From the NCBI RefSeq assembly GCF_006345805.1, contig NC_042999.1, positions 84,630,001 through 84,694,000 of the forward strand: a stretch of 64,000 nucleotides of DNA. Reading direction: 5' to 3'. Of the stretch, positions 41,858 to 54,594 are shown piece after piece. Every line of letters begins with the position of its first letter. The first letter of the stretch is position 1. The DNA is from Octopus sinensis (Eukaryota). The translations under genes and the position numbers were made by a program. The notes below the pieces were generated by a model, which saw nothing but the letters and a program-made list of their open reading frames with translations, did no database searches and was not told the origin of the DNA.

Positions 41858-42140
41858 CATTAGTTCCCAAACTTTTCCAGACTGCCGCCCCATTGGCGCC
41901 CAGGTCATATTCCTAGCGCTCCCTCGCCCTCCCTACCACAAATATAAACTACTTTCTGCAGCAAATTCAAAACAACTGTATTTCACAAATAAAACTTAAA
42001 CCTAATTAACCTATTGATATTTTTTTACATCTATCACCCCATTTTGGTTACCCCATTATCATCCCACTTTTCTTCAATGCACCCCCTGGATCTTTCCACC
42101 GTCCCCAAGGGAGCATTACTGCCCACTTTGGGAACTACTT
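41858..42140. mobile_element. hAT-like MITE remnant
   Basis: Perfect 11-bp inverted ends tagttcccaaa (41861-41871) and tttgggaacta (42127-42137), resembling CAGTGGTTCCCAAA hAT termini. No 8-bp TSD retained. Confidence 0.55.
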
Positions 42141-42462
42141 CCTAGCCCATACTTTTGCATAAGTGAAATTGAGTAACACTGAGTGAAAATAAAATTGTAT
42201 AGACGTTCGTTGATCTAACTGTTTTTGTATTTGAGGACAACTTTGTTACACATTGTGAGGAGCCGCTTCTATCTGAGATTGACATGAAGTGCATAAGTGT
42301 CAGTGAAATGTTTAACCGCTTGCACCTTAATTCTGAAGTAAGTAAATCATTTCTTCAAACATCTGAATCCTCGCCGTCCAGTGAAGAGATTCACTCAGTT
42401 AAAGAGGTAAATGTTTGCTCACCTTACACCTGAAATATTTAGTCTAATATTCAATCATAAAG

Positions 42463-42678
42463 ATGGCGAGCTGGAAGAATCGTCACCGTGCCAGAGAAAA
42501 TGCTTAGCGACATTTAGTCAATCTTTAAATTCTGAGTTAGAATTTCGACGAAGTTGACTTCGCCTTTTATTCTGTCAGGATCACTAAAATAATTACAGGT
42601 TGATCACTAGGGTCCGTCCGATCGACTGATCACCTCCCTAAAATTGCTGATCTGGTGCCGAAATTTGAAACAAATATT
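42463..42678 (+). mobile_element. Degenerate SINE family B copy
   Basis: ggcgagctggaagaa...aaatgcttagcg...ctgagttagaattt...gtgccgaaatttgaaac. Confidence 0.7.
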
Positions 42679-43379
42679 TACAGACATATTTTTACTTTGA
42701 TAAGGGATCTGAACCGACGTCTCAGAAAATCTAATCTTTCAGATTTGTTTTACACTACATGAGCAAGTTTGGCGAGATATAGGTACAATTTAATCGATTG
42801 TGACGGATCGCAGAAATTTGAGAGATATGTCCATACGTTTGTACTCAGAAAACAAAGGGAAGTCACAATATAAATCGAATAATTTTCCTTGTACTTGGTG
42901 TACTTTACCAATGTATAACAATACGATAATATGAAAAAAACTCAAACCGCATATTTTATAGGAAACAAAATAAAAGCACAGATATCAGATCAGCTAGATT
43001 TAATATTAAGGAGAACGTGACACAATAAAGAAAATAGAACAGGAGAATATAGAATAAAGAAAGAAGAGATAACTGTAACAGAACCACTATGCAAGAAATT
43101 CCTTTCACGGAAACAAACAACAGGCAGGTCGAGCAATTGAATAACCTAATCTCTTCAGCTGTAGTGTAGTTTTTGGTGAAACGGGACTTCACTTTTGTCG
43201 AATCACACCCTCCTCAGCAAAACCTGACAAAAATAAGAAAAGAAAATATTGAAAAATAATGTTGAAAAATAATATTGAAAAATATACATCTTCCATTAGT
43301 GAAATTGAAAAAAATATTCAGATAGGAAAGAAAAATAGAGAAAGTATACTAACAAAAGTAGACACTCTGGTAAGAAGCG

Positions 43380-44065
43380 TTTTAGGAAATATCAACAAAA
43401 GCATTGAGGTTAGGATACACAGGAAAATGTTTCTCTGTGACAAAACTCGAAAAGCCACACCGACATGAACAGAAGTTCTGGCAAAGAGAAAGTAGAAGAA
43501 AAGAGAGAATAATACTGAAAGACAATAAACCAGAAAGTGATGCGTCTTTAAAAAGAAATGCATTAACGCCGCAAGCATCACATAGCATTGTTGAAAATAA
43601 ATTGAACGGCAAGCGACTGAAGAGGACCAGATTGCGAAAATTTTCCTAATTTCTGTCTGATGCACTTGTGTGTTACTCACTAATCTGTAGCAACTGCATT
43701 CAATAAACTGGTGGTAAGCAAACCGAAATCATCACATGAATGGCTGCCGTAGAGGAAACAATTTCAATTTCCCCTTCTACATGAAACAACCGGAAAATCC
43801 CAAATATGTATTCACAAAACTTACTTGCAAATAACTTACAAATCTCTTGCAATAATAATCTATTACAGAGTAGATGTTTAACTAGAGAACATTAATATCT
43901 TACGAAAGGACCAGAAAGGATGTCGGAGAGGGGTGTAAAGATGTATAAAACAGTTTCTGATAAACAAGGATCTTAAAGAAATCAGCAAAGGAAAGAAACC
44001 AAAAACTGGGATGGAATAGGTTGACTATCGAAAAGCATGTGATTAGTATACCATGCTATGATTCT
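43380..44065 (+). mobile_element. Highly decayed R4/Dong-type LINE pieces
   Basis: DQKGCRRG...FLINK...VDYRKACD at about 43910-44045 (RT). Weaker N-terminal-like CFSVTKLE...RIILKDN upstream. Confidence 0.55.
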
Positions 44066-44674
44066 TGGGACACGCCTTATAAATACTTATAAATATAGCG
44101 GTTGCAATAGACATTGCAATGCGATTGAATGATAGATGATAGTCTCGCGTCACTTAGAACAAATATTTTATACTATAGCCTCAGGTTAACCATTCCAGTC
44201 TATCGAAAGGAACGTTCCTAATCTGAGATAGGAGATTTGAGCTTTTACACGGTTTATCTTCACCACCCTGACATTGTACTACTTTTTAATAGAGGTGAAG
44301 TACTTATTATAGACACATTAGGAAGACACAAGTGCAGAACCCAAGATTCTGATATTATATTAAGAATAGTAAATTGTACATTTGCTGATGTGCGAAAATC
44401 TTTTTAAGCTGGAATATTCGTTACTCTAACATAAGAGGGAACAGCTATTAGTGGCATAATATAGAGCTCGGTATACGTAGATGATGAAGCGCAATGACGC
44501 AGAAATGCAAGCAGCCTATGGTCTGACGATAGCGTTTGTGGTCTAGTGTTACGTTTAAAGTTACATTGTTTATAAGAAGAATATCTCTCGAGACAACTTG
44601 TATAGCGTATTATTTTACTATTTGCGAACAAGGTGAATAAGACTGTACAAACTTTTTTTTCTACTTCTCTTAGT

Positions 44675-44975
44675 CAGTTGATTGCAGCTAAGCTGCAACA
44701 CCCCTTGAATGATTCAGTGAAACAAATCAACACTTTTCTTTTTCTAACCCTGGTCTGTTTTTGTCGAACTGCTATGTCAGGGAGTCACAAACAAACCAAC
44801 AACAGTAGTCAAGCGAAAAAGGCAAAGACACACATACAGACGCCAATCCCCAGCACATATATGCACGAAGGGATTCTTTTAGTTTCCGGCAGTAAAATCC
44901 TCTTGAAAGGCTTTGGTCAGCCTGGGGTTATAACAGGAGAACATTGCTCAAATAGACTTCTACAGCACAGCCACG
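44675..44975 (-). mobile_element. Degenerate SINE family A
   Basis: gattgcagc...gtcgaactgcta...ggctttggtcagcc...cacagccacg. Confidence 0.55.
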
Positions 44976-45932
44976 ACGTACATATATATGTATGTATATG
45001 TCTATGTGTCTATATATACGCGTTAGCAAGCGTATGTGTGCATAGGATCTGCAAGTGTGTGTGTATTTGTAAAATAGAGAAAGAGAGAGTGCGTGTGCGT
45101 GTGTGTGTGTGTGAGTTAATTTATACAGTTATGACAGAATAAATTAAAGGTTTTATCTTTTCATGACAAGTAACCGTTTTTCATATTTAATAAATATATA
45201 ATACTCATTTCGTAAATTGTCTATAGAATAACTATTAATGAATGAGTTTGAAATTTCGGCTGTCACTGTAAACAATAATTTCAACTCTATCCTCTTGCTA
45301 ACAGAGACATTCGAGTTCATTCTTATCATTCACCAAAGAAATTTCTTTAACTCACATTCTGCGAACGACTTTGCCTATAGAATGCTACACATATTTAGTT
45401 TATTTCTCACTAGTGCACCGCACGTGAAGCATATATATATATATACACCAAGCCTATATATTGTGATGTGTCTGTGTATATATGTATGTGTGTATGTCTA
45501 CTTCCTCCCACCCACCTCTCCTCTCTTGCTTCGACTCCTATTTCTTCTCTTCATTCCTACTCTCATTTTCCCTTCACTTCACTCCAACCCAACTTCTCCT
45601 TTCCCGCTCTCCCTTCATTGTCACCCCACCCCTACACAATCCAACACCACAACACATCACATCACGCCACGACGCACACACTAGCACTGACCACTTCCCA
45701 GCCCCACATCATCACACCTGCACATACACGTGTCAAAGTCACCAGCCCTCTTCCACACGCACATAAATGCTTTCTTATACACACGCAAGTAAGTCTTCTT
45801 TTTGGAATCACCACTACTTTATCATCTCCCCTTCTTCCTGGTTCTCCTGTGTGACCCCTCTGCCCGGCATTCGCCATGATAGATCGCTAGCCACAACACA
45901 TTCTTAATTTTTTCTCCTTGTTTCTTTCTGTG

Positions 45933-45972
45933 TTCCTTTTTGTGGAAAAGCGTTGGCTCGAAACGTTAAAGA
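45933..45972 (+). ncRNA. Degenerate minimal hammerhead motif, same family as 26578
   Basis: ttgtgga a aAGC-gttg-GCTC GAAACGT t aaaga, followed by the same downstream repeat as at 26617-26700. Confidence 0.4.
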
Positions 45973-46060
45973 CTTCATTTCCCGAACGTTAAACTACCTA
46001 CTACATCTGTATGTTGTCTACAACACCTGTCTTCGTCTTTTATATAATTGTGAATTCTCC

Positions 46061-46108
<48 letters not shown>

Positions 46109-46109
46109 A

Positions 46110-46143
<34 letters not shown>

Positions 46144-46214
46144 CACACACATAGATATACAAATGTAGATATATAGATATATATATATATACATATATAT
46201 ATAAATAGAAATGC

Positions 46215-46260
<46 letters not shown>

Positions 46261-46663
46261 TATATAAATGAAACAATGAAATCCCACCTAAGTTTGATTT
46301 TCACGTTTTAATATTTGCAATTTTTACAATTTTACAATATTAAAATAAACTCATTATTTCATTCGTTACGCAAACATCGGGGTTATATATTGACAGTGGT
46401 GTTCCGCAGTTGAGAACTGGCAATTATATATAAATATGTATAAATATCTCTATATCTATGTATTTAACCAAATATCGAGATTAGTAGAGGATTCCAAACA
46501 CCAATCCAACACACATTGAATCCAGACATTAATCTCGGGTTAGGATATGTGCGTAATACGAGTCAAATAATACAAATAAGAACAAGAAGCAGTACAAAAC
46601 AGGCATGGTAACTCAATGCTTTATAAGACATACACACATTTCAAAGAATCCCGAAATAATTGC

Positions 46664-46718
<55 letters not shown>

Positions 46719-46764
46719 CAGTACAATGTATTTCGTGGGGGCGTAGTAGTCACTCTCGTTAGAT

Positions 46765-46950
46765 TCTTTTACTTGTCTCAGTCAATTGACTGTGACCATG
46801 CTGGAGCAAAGCCTTTTTAATCGAAGAAATCGGCCCATGACTTATTCTTTGTAAGCCTGGTGCTTATTCTATCAGCCTCTTCTGCCGAACCGCTAAGTTA
46901 CGGAGTCGTAAATACACCAACATCAGTTGTAAAGCAATGGTGGCGGGAGC
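46765..46950 (-). mobile_element. SINE family A 3' half
   Basis: gactgtgaccatgctggagc...gccgaaccgctaagttacgg. Confidence 0.8.
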
Positions 46951-47049
46951 AAAGATGACAATAACGGGCCCCAGATGAGTAAGTTGCTGCCTGTCAAGGA
47001 ATTACCATTTGATATTTGGGAAACCATTTCATGGCCATAGAGTCTCCAG

Positions 47050-47760
47050 ATGAAGCGAGAGAGAGAATTGGTGTTTCCATTATTCTTACACCTAGAGGAG
47101 TGCTTGTATTGTATATCTCTTCTGAGTTTTGGCTCTCATCAACTATGGTAAGGGAAGTTGTGAGAAAGGCTATGTAGTTTACAGCCTATCAGACGGATGA
47201 TCCTATCAGTTGGAAGTCAGTAGGATTTCGATGCTTAATAGGTAGGAATATGGGTGGAATCTCACAAGGTGTGTGTTTGCTTCTCTTCTAGAGTGTGATA
47301 TAAAATGTTTAAGCATAACGAAACTTGACGTTATGGAGATTGAAAGCTTTATAATATCTATGAATTGCTAGGAAGTATATTTAGCACTAGGAGGCTTCTG
47401 TTCATTTTGCTTGGAACATTAAATTTGAATAGGGAATTCAACCAGAATCTTTTTGTCTTTCTAACCCTGTTCGATCTGAACCGTGCGATGGAGGTGTTCC
47501 TCCACATATACAAATTTATCTATATAGCCTCTCTTCGCTAACAACTATCGTTACAATGGGATGCAACCCTGTAGATTTCTCAGTCTGCCGACAAATTAGA
47601 GAGGCTTCTCATATCTGGATCAATATTACTAATTACATTTGTGGGTGGTTGGAATATCTATGGAGACAAATAATATCCTTCTTTTAATTTTCGTTATTTT
47701 AGTTGTTGCCCGCCCTGGGAGGATACCTCCATGGAAAATAGGCGTTTTTCAAGTTCGCTG
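47050..47760 (-). mobile_element. Decayed PLE RT thumb and linker
   Basis: LHRYSNHPQ, AKRGY, WLNSLF...NV, HRYYKAFNLHNVKFRYA match SNHPP...WFNPPF...H-IFNR--VK-SY. Confidence 0.65.
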
Positions 47761-48754
47761 CATCAGTTATATTTCGGTCAAATTGTTACAGAACTTTATC
47801 AGCTTAACTATAACATGGACATTGAAAAGGATTGTGACTGCCAAACAACAATACCTACACTGAGTCAAGCTATTAGGATGTGTGCACATTTGTAATATAT
47901 CTACAGTAAATAACCATATAAGGTAGAGAAATCATCCCCGTCATAGATAGATAGAGAGAGAAGGGTGAGAGAGATAAGATTCAGTACGTGAAAAATGTTT
48001 TACATTACTATGACGAATAGGTATAACTAGATAGTATATTGACATATAAATACTCGGGGATATGTAAAATGTTTTTGTTCCTACTCCCTTTGAGTTCTTT
48101 GAACATCACTTTGCATACGAATGCATTCTTCTTTTGACGATAAGTGAATTTTCTATAATATATAAAGCATACATAAAATCATATGTGCGCATATATGTAT
48201 ACATGTATCTGTGTGTGAGTGTGTGTAAATGTGTGAATGCGTATGTATGTCTTTATATATACAATTATATACAGACAAACATATGTATATATATATGTAT
48301 ACACATATATGTGTGTGTGTGTGTGTGCGTGTGTGTATGTATTATGTATGTATAACTAATATTGCATATCAATAAATAAATTTTAAGCAGGTACTGCAAC
48401 AGTTTTAGTTGATTTAAATTATTTTTGTTTCTTTACTGAATATTTTCTGCTCAAATACAACAATTTCTTGTAAAATATGTTCTACTCTATTCTGGCTTCG
48501 TGTCTCTAATTTGAAATTTGGAAAACTTTGGTCACGATTAACGTAAGAATATTTCTATCATTATTTCCAAATCTTTTTCTTACATTCTTAAATTTATTTA
48601 AGTCTTTGTGATTCATACTGTTTTGTTTTATGCATGCATTCACACATGTAAATATACGTATGGGCTTGCATACACATTCTCATTTACAAGTAAATATATT
48701 TATATTTATGCATGTATACGTACAATTTTTATATTTGCATGTTTCTGTGAATGC

Positions 48755-48831
<77 letters not shown>

Positions 48832-49109
48832 ATCTATATATATATATATAAGTTTAACAATTAGGATAATCTCTTAATAAGGGATCTTAACAAGAAATTA
48901 TCGGGTAGCTAGCGTGAAAACCTCATAAAAGAAAAGAATTCGAAAATAATTTTTTTTCTTTTGAACAAATTAATTATATCTATATTGTATAGAGGGCATT
49001 ATTACACATAAATGCCTCACACTAGGAGGGACAAAGTCATTACTACCAAAATTATACTAATCATACCCAAATGCAGTTTTTCAAAGCAAGACATTTAAAA
49101 AATGAATTT

Positions 49110-49168
49110 AGTTCTGTATCACCGTGATTTCACATTCAACTTTACGTCTAATGATCGTCAGCAGAACT
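49110..49168 (-). ncRNA. Type I hammerhead ribozyme (array unit 1)
   Basis: AGUUCUG-CUGACGA-stem II-GAAA-UCAC G GUGAU-A-CAGAACU: 7-bp stem I, intact core, AUA triplet. Confidence 0.85.
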
Positions 49169-49586
49169 GATTCTGAACACATCATAAATAAACTACCAAC
49201 CTTACGTAGCGAAGACGAACAGACAACTGCTCACTCCGGCCAAGCACATGGAATGTTATAAATCATATATCCGGTAAATGGCGGGCTTTTTACGAACTGC
49301 ATGTCGGGTAATGAAAAGTATTTCGGAATAAGTTTAACAATAAGGATAATCTCTTAATAAGGGATCTTAACAAGAAATTATCGGGTAGCTAGCGTGAAAA
49401 CCTCATAAAAGAAAAGAATTCGAAAATAATTTTTTTTCTTTTGAACAATTAATTATATCTATATTGTATAGAGGGCATTATTACACATAAATGCCTCACA
49501 CTAGAGGGACAAAGTCATTACTACCAAAATTATACTAATCATACCCAAATGCAGTTTTTCAAAGCAAGACATTTAAAAAATGAATT

Positions 49587-49645
49587 AGTTCTGTATCACC
49601 GTGATTTCACATTCAACTTTACGTCTAATGATCGTCAGCAGAACT
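49587..49645 (-). ncRNA. Type I hammerhead ribozyme (array unit 2)
   Basis: Identical to unit 1. Confidence 0.85.
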
Positions 49646-50067
49646 GATTCTGAACACATCATAAATAAACTACCAACCTTACGTAGCGAAGACGAACAGA
49701 CAACTGCTCACTCCGGCCAAGCACATGGAATGTTTATAAATCATATATCGGTAAATGGCGGGCTTTTTACGAACTGCATGTCGGGTAATGAAAAGTATTT
49801 CGGAATAAGTTTAACATTTAAGGATAATCTCTTAATAAGGGATCTTAACAAGAAATTATCGGGTAGCTAGCGTGAAAACCTCATAAAAGAAAAGAATTCG
49901 AAAATAATTTTTTTTCTTTTGAACAAATTAATTATATCTATATTGTATAGAGGGCATTATTACACATAAATGCCTCACACTAGGAGGGACAAAGTCATTA
50001 CTACCAAAATTATACTAATCATACCCAAATGCAGTTTTTCAAAGCAAGACATTTAAAAAATGAATTT

Positions 50068-50126
50068 AGTTCTGTATCACCGTGATTTCACATTCAACTT
50101 TACGTCTAATGATCGTCAGCAGAACT
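50068..50126 (-). ncRNA. Type I hammerhead ribozyme (array unit 3)
   Basis: Identical to unit 1. Confidence 0.85.
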
Positions 50127-50766
50127 GATTCTGAACACATCATAAATAAACTACCAACCTTACGTAGCGAAGACGAACAGACAACTGCTCACTCCGGCCA
50201 AGCACATGGAATGTTTATAAATCATATATCCGGTAAATGGCGGGCTTTTTACGAACTGCATGTCGGGTAATGAAAAGTATTTCGGAATAAGTTTAACAAT
50301 TAAGGATAATCTCTTAATAAGGGATCTTAACAAGAAATTATCGGGTAGCTAGCGTGAAAACCTCATAAAAGAAAAGAATTCGAAAATAATTTTTTTTTTC
50401 TTTTGAACAAATTAATTATATCTATATTGTATAGAGGGCATTTATGTGTAATAATGCCCTCTATACAATATAGATATAATTAATTTGTTCAAAAGAAAAA
50501 AAATTATTTTCGAATTCTTTTCTTTTATGAGGTTTTCACGCTAGCTACCCTATAATTTCTTGTTAAGATCCCTTATTAAGAGATTATCCTTAATTGTTAA
50601 ACTTATTCCGAAATACTTTTCATTACCCGACATGCAGTTCGTAAAAAGCCCGCCATTTACCGGATATATGATTTATAAACATTCCATGTGCTTGGCCGGA
50701 GTGAGCAGTTGTCTGTTCGTCTTCGCTACGTAAGGTTGGTAGTTTATTTATGATGTGTTCAGAATC

Positions 50767-50825
50767 AGTTCTGCTGACGATCATTAGACGTAAAGTTGAA
50801 TGTGAAATCACGGTGATACAGAACT
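50767..50825 (+). ncRNA. Type I hammerhead ribozyme (inverted unit)
   Basis: Stem I 50767-73/50819-25, CTGACGA 50774-80, stem II 50781-803, GAAA 50804-07, stem III 50807-17, H17 = A50818. Confidence 0.85.
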
Positions 50826-51070
50826 AAATTCATTTTTTAAATGTCTTGCTTTGAAAAACTGCATTTGGGTATGATTAGTATAATTTTGGTAGTAATGACT
50901 TTGTCCCTCCTAGTGTGAGGCATTTATGTGTAATAATGCCCTCTATACAATATAGATATATATATATATATATATATATTCATTTCTATGCATACAAACA
51001 CACAAACACACATACACATATACATATATGTATATACATACATTCATAAACATGTATTATGCATATACAC

Positions 51071-51104
<34 letters not shown>

Positions 51105-51108
51105 ATAT

Positions 51109-51214
<106 letters not shown>

Positions 51215-51987
51215 AAATACACACCAAAATATACACTTATAAACATGAATATATATGCACATATATTTGATTGAGTGTGTATTCAGTTTCTGAAATTACA
51301 TGAATGCATTGATATTTGGATAAATTTTCTTTACTTAGTTTTTATTCATAGATGTATTCATACCATACTGTATAACTCCCAAGATCTTGGTTTTATATAT
51401 ATGATTAAATGTATGCATTTCCCCATAATATATACACCTACATACTATGATAATGCAAGTATCGTGTTCTAATTGTTTCGACTCGAAATACACATACTGC
51501 TTGACTTTAGAGCTCTTTCCATGTGAATTCCTTATTCTAAAGTCGAAGCAGAAACGTCGATAGAATCACTTTTAATGCCTTCAATCATGCTTTATTCTAA
51601 TGAAACTTACATATAAAATTGGGATGAACTGAAATACTTTTTACAAAATATTCAAAAATTCTAGACCTAATCCCCATCGTTATGTAAAATGCTAAATGAA
51701 ACATATACGTTTATAAACGTTTATAAACTTTTAAAGATGGTGCACATTTATATGAATGTACATTGGTAGGTATATATGAGTAGGACCATGATGGCTATTT
51801 CGATACGTTAAATTCTTGCAATACAATCGAACCAAGTTTGTTCATGTTTTGCATATGACCTTATTGCAAGTCATATTCTTCGAAACCTTGATGCGTATTC
51901 AATACCAGAAAACCTGATCATTGACAATTGCTGATTTAGTTAGATAAAAGCACACAAATACGGTACACACACGCACCTCTATATTTA

Positions 51988-52882
51988 CATAGAGGGGCTG
52001 GAGAAAATAATGGTAATAACTAGCGTCATAGCATCATAATTTTGAAATATCTATAAAACCCTCAAAAGCTTGTTTATTTTCATGTTATTTGATTTATTAT
52101 TAATGTTGCTTAATATGTTTTGCTAAATTTGCTGTTTCTTTTCAGATATCATCAGGAAAAGGTAATTAAAATTCGTTAAAATGACAGATCTATCAGAATT
52201 TCAAAGAGGTCAAATTGTTGGTGCTGGAATTCCAGGCAGTAGCCTAACGAAAACAGCCGAAATATTTGGTGTAACAAGAAGTACTATCTCGAAAATAATG
52301 GCGGCCTTTGAGAAAGAGGGAAAAAAACCTCCTCGTCGAAACAAAACTCCGATAGAAAACCAAAACTTTCAGAGAGGGACCGTCGGACTCTTACGCGAAA
52401 TGTTAGAGAGAATCACAAAAGTACAGCTCCCAAAATTACTGCAGAGCATAATTCCCACCTTGAGAACCCAGCTTCCATAAAAACTGTTCGCCGGGAGCTG
52501 TACAAAGTCGGATTTCACGGGAGGGTTGCAATCAGAAAACCACCACTTTCAAAAACAAACGTTGCAAAGCGTTTAGAGTGGAGTAAAAGTCTACAAAATT
52601 TTCCCTAGAGCAGTGGAAGAATGTTATTTTCTCGGACGAGTCATCCTTTACCTTATTTCCAACCACCGGCCGAGTATACGTGTGGAGACAGTCAAAGGAA
52701 GCATTTGACCTAGACTGCCTTCTTCCAACTGTTAAACATGGAGGTGGATCTGTGATGATCTGGGGTGCTATATCTTGGAAATCCACCAGTAGCATTCAAG
52801 CTGAATATGCTGCCAAATTAGCCATATGAAAATAATTTTGTTTGAAATTTTAAGGTGTTTCCATTATTTTGTCCAGCCTCTG
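51988..52882 (+). mobile_element. Internally deleted Tc1-like transposon with both TIRs
   Basis: MTDLSEFQRGQIVG...TAEIFGVTRSTISK; WKNVIFSDESSF...TVKHGGGSVMIWG; ~28-bp TIRs (ggctggagaaaataatgg / ccattattttgtccagcc); TA on both sides. Confidence 0.92.
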
Positions 52883-52918
52883 TATATTCGTGGATGCGGG
52901 TGCATATGTATGTATGTG

Positions 52919-53055
<137 letters not shown>

Positions 53056-53934
53056 ATAAAAGAAAATTAAAAAGAACAATATAAAAGATGCTTGGATCAT
53101 TTTAATTGCATGACAACTGGAGAAGTAATACAAGTATAAAAGGAGCCATATCAACAAAGCAACCCAAAAATAATCCCCACAATTCTACATATGTTTGAAT
53201 CATCAATAATTGTAACTTAAACGATATAGTGTTAGATCTCTTCAGGAAAAATAAGTATATTTTCGGTCTTGAATTACGAAATGACTTTTTTAGGACAACG
53301 TTTAGGAATTTTCAAACGTAATAAAACTACTCATTAGGACGCAGACTTCATGCGATCAGAAATTTATCGTTTAACCTTCAGGCAAATCTAATATACAAGT
53401 TATTAATTATATATTATTTGAATGTATATGTACATATATATACTAAGAATTAAGGTTAAATAGATGATATAGTATGGGATGATGTTGTAAAGATTGGGTA
53501 AAAATTGTGCATAGGTGAGTTATATGGAGCGTAATTAAGGTAGGTTTCACAATAGGTGTGATACTATGTATTAATATAAGTATGGGATTAAGTATAATGA
53601 TCAAAATAAAAATAAATTTAGAAAAAAAAGTCAGAAAAATTATATGTTAATATTAGGGGTTAATACAGAGTAATGAGGATAAAAACGGTGGTTATAATTA
53701 TGCGCCTGTATGTCATTTAATCTTGTAATTTTCATTACTTATCCGATTGTAATACAAATAAAATGAACCAAGCATCTTTTATATTTTTTCTTCTCCATTT
53801 TTTTTATTGACCTTTTAATTGTATGAGACTGTTTATACACATACATTGAGGAACTTTCTATCAATATATTTGTTTAAACCCAGTTGGCATCTGGATTGTT
53901 TTTAACAATCCCTTACGAGGATTTTATATATATA

Positions 53935-54200
53935 TAAATTAATAAATAAGATAAAACATATGCATATATACATACGTATATGTACGTACCTACCTCTACA
54001 TGTATATATACATGCATATATGGGTACAGGACACCAAAAGAACGTCGAACACAATGAGTGACGAAAACATAAACACAAAATCAAGGAGATGGACATTTTT
54101 CTTAAACAACGAAAAAATAGAGTATAGGACATACAATACAAGGAAAATTCCCCTTCTTCAGTCGCCTTTGTTTCATCTACTCCGCGTTCCGAAGGTCATA
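53935..54200. repeat. Dispersed ~260-bp repeat, second copy at 58905-59171; PLE-terminus-like
   Basis: Both copies read ...gtacgtacctacctctacatgta...gtacaggacaccaaaag...cccttcttcagtcgc...tttcatctactc...cgaagg. Confidence 0.8.
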
Positions 54201-54555
54201 TATATATACATATATAGACAGAATTTATATATATATATATATATATTTATACGGATTTTTGCACACTACCTCAAACTGATGTCAGTAGTTTTTCTGCATA
54301 AAATATATGTTATTAACCAATGGACAAGTTTCAGTCCCGTGTTAAGATTTCAAAAGCGACTGAAGACTTAAAGACATTGTAATGTGGATCATTCGATCTG
54401 TTTTTTTTCTATTTAAGATGCAGCTTATTTTGGATCACATTATGCAATGTGTCTTGCCATGTGAATATTATAGAGACTGAGGTTGCTGTTGCATTTGACA
54501 GTTCAAGGGACTATGTAGGTAAATCTCATGTACCAGTATATATATATATATATAT

Positions 54556-54594
<39 letters not shown>

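Larger units (their letters stand above)
48849..50960. mobile_element. Hammerhead-containing ~480-bp tandem array (3.3 direct units plus 1 inverted unit); retrozyme/PLE-terminal-repeat-like
   Basis: Units start at 48849, 49329, 49806 and 50288; inversion at about 50447; (TA)n on both flanks; no recognisable protein. Confidence 0.85.

Noticed and set aside
43612-43650. CTGAAGA...GAAAATTTTC
   Set aside because: Weak stem II and no stem I.
49601-50811. Repeated ORF MISHSTLRLMIVSRTDSEH in the array
   Set aside because: Starts at GTG, antisense to the ribozyme, has no recognisable domain, and the frame differs between units.
48849-50960. CRISPR-array or tRNA/rRNA interpretation of the repeats and SINE heads
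   Set aside because: No repeat-spacer alternation; SINE heads have A/B boxes but no full cloverleaf.
51490-51565. Long hairpin followed by GAAACGTC
   Set aside because: No CUGANGA 5' of the hairpin.
53065-53795. Diverged ~70-bp inverted similarity
   Set aside because: AT-rich and low identity; no clear TIR or TSD.
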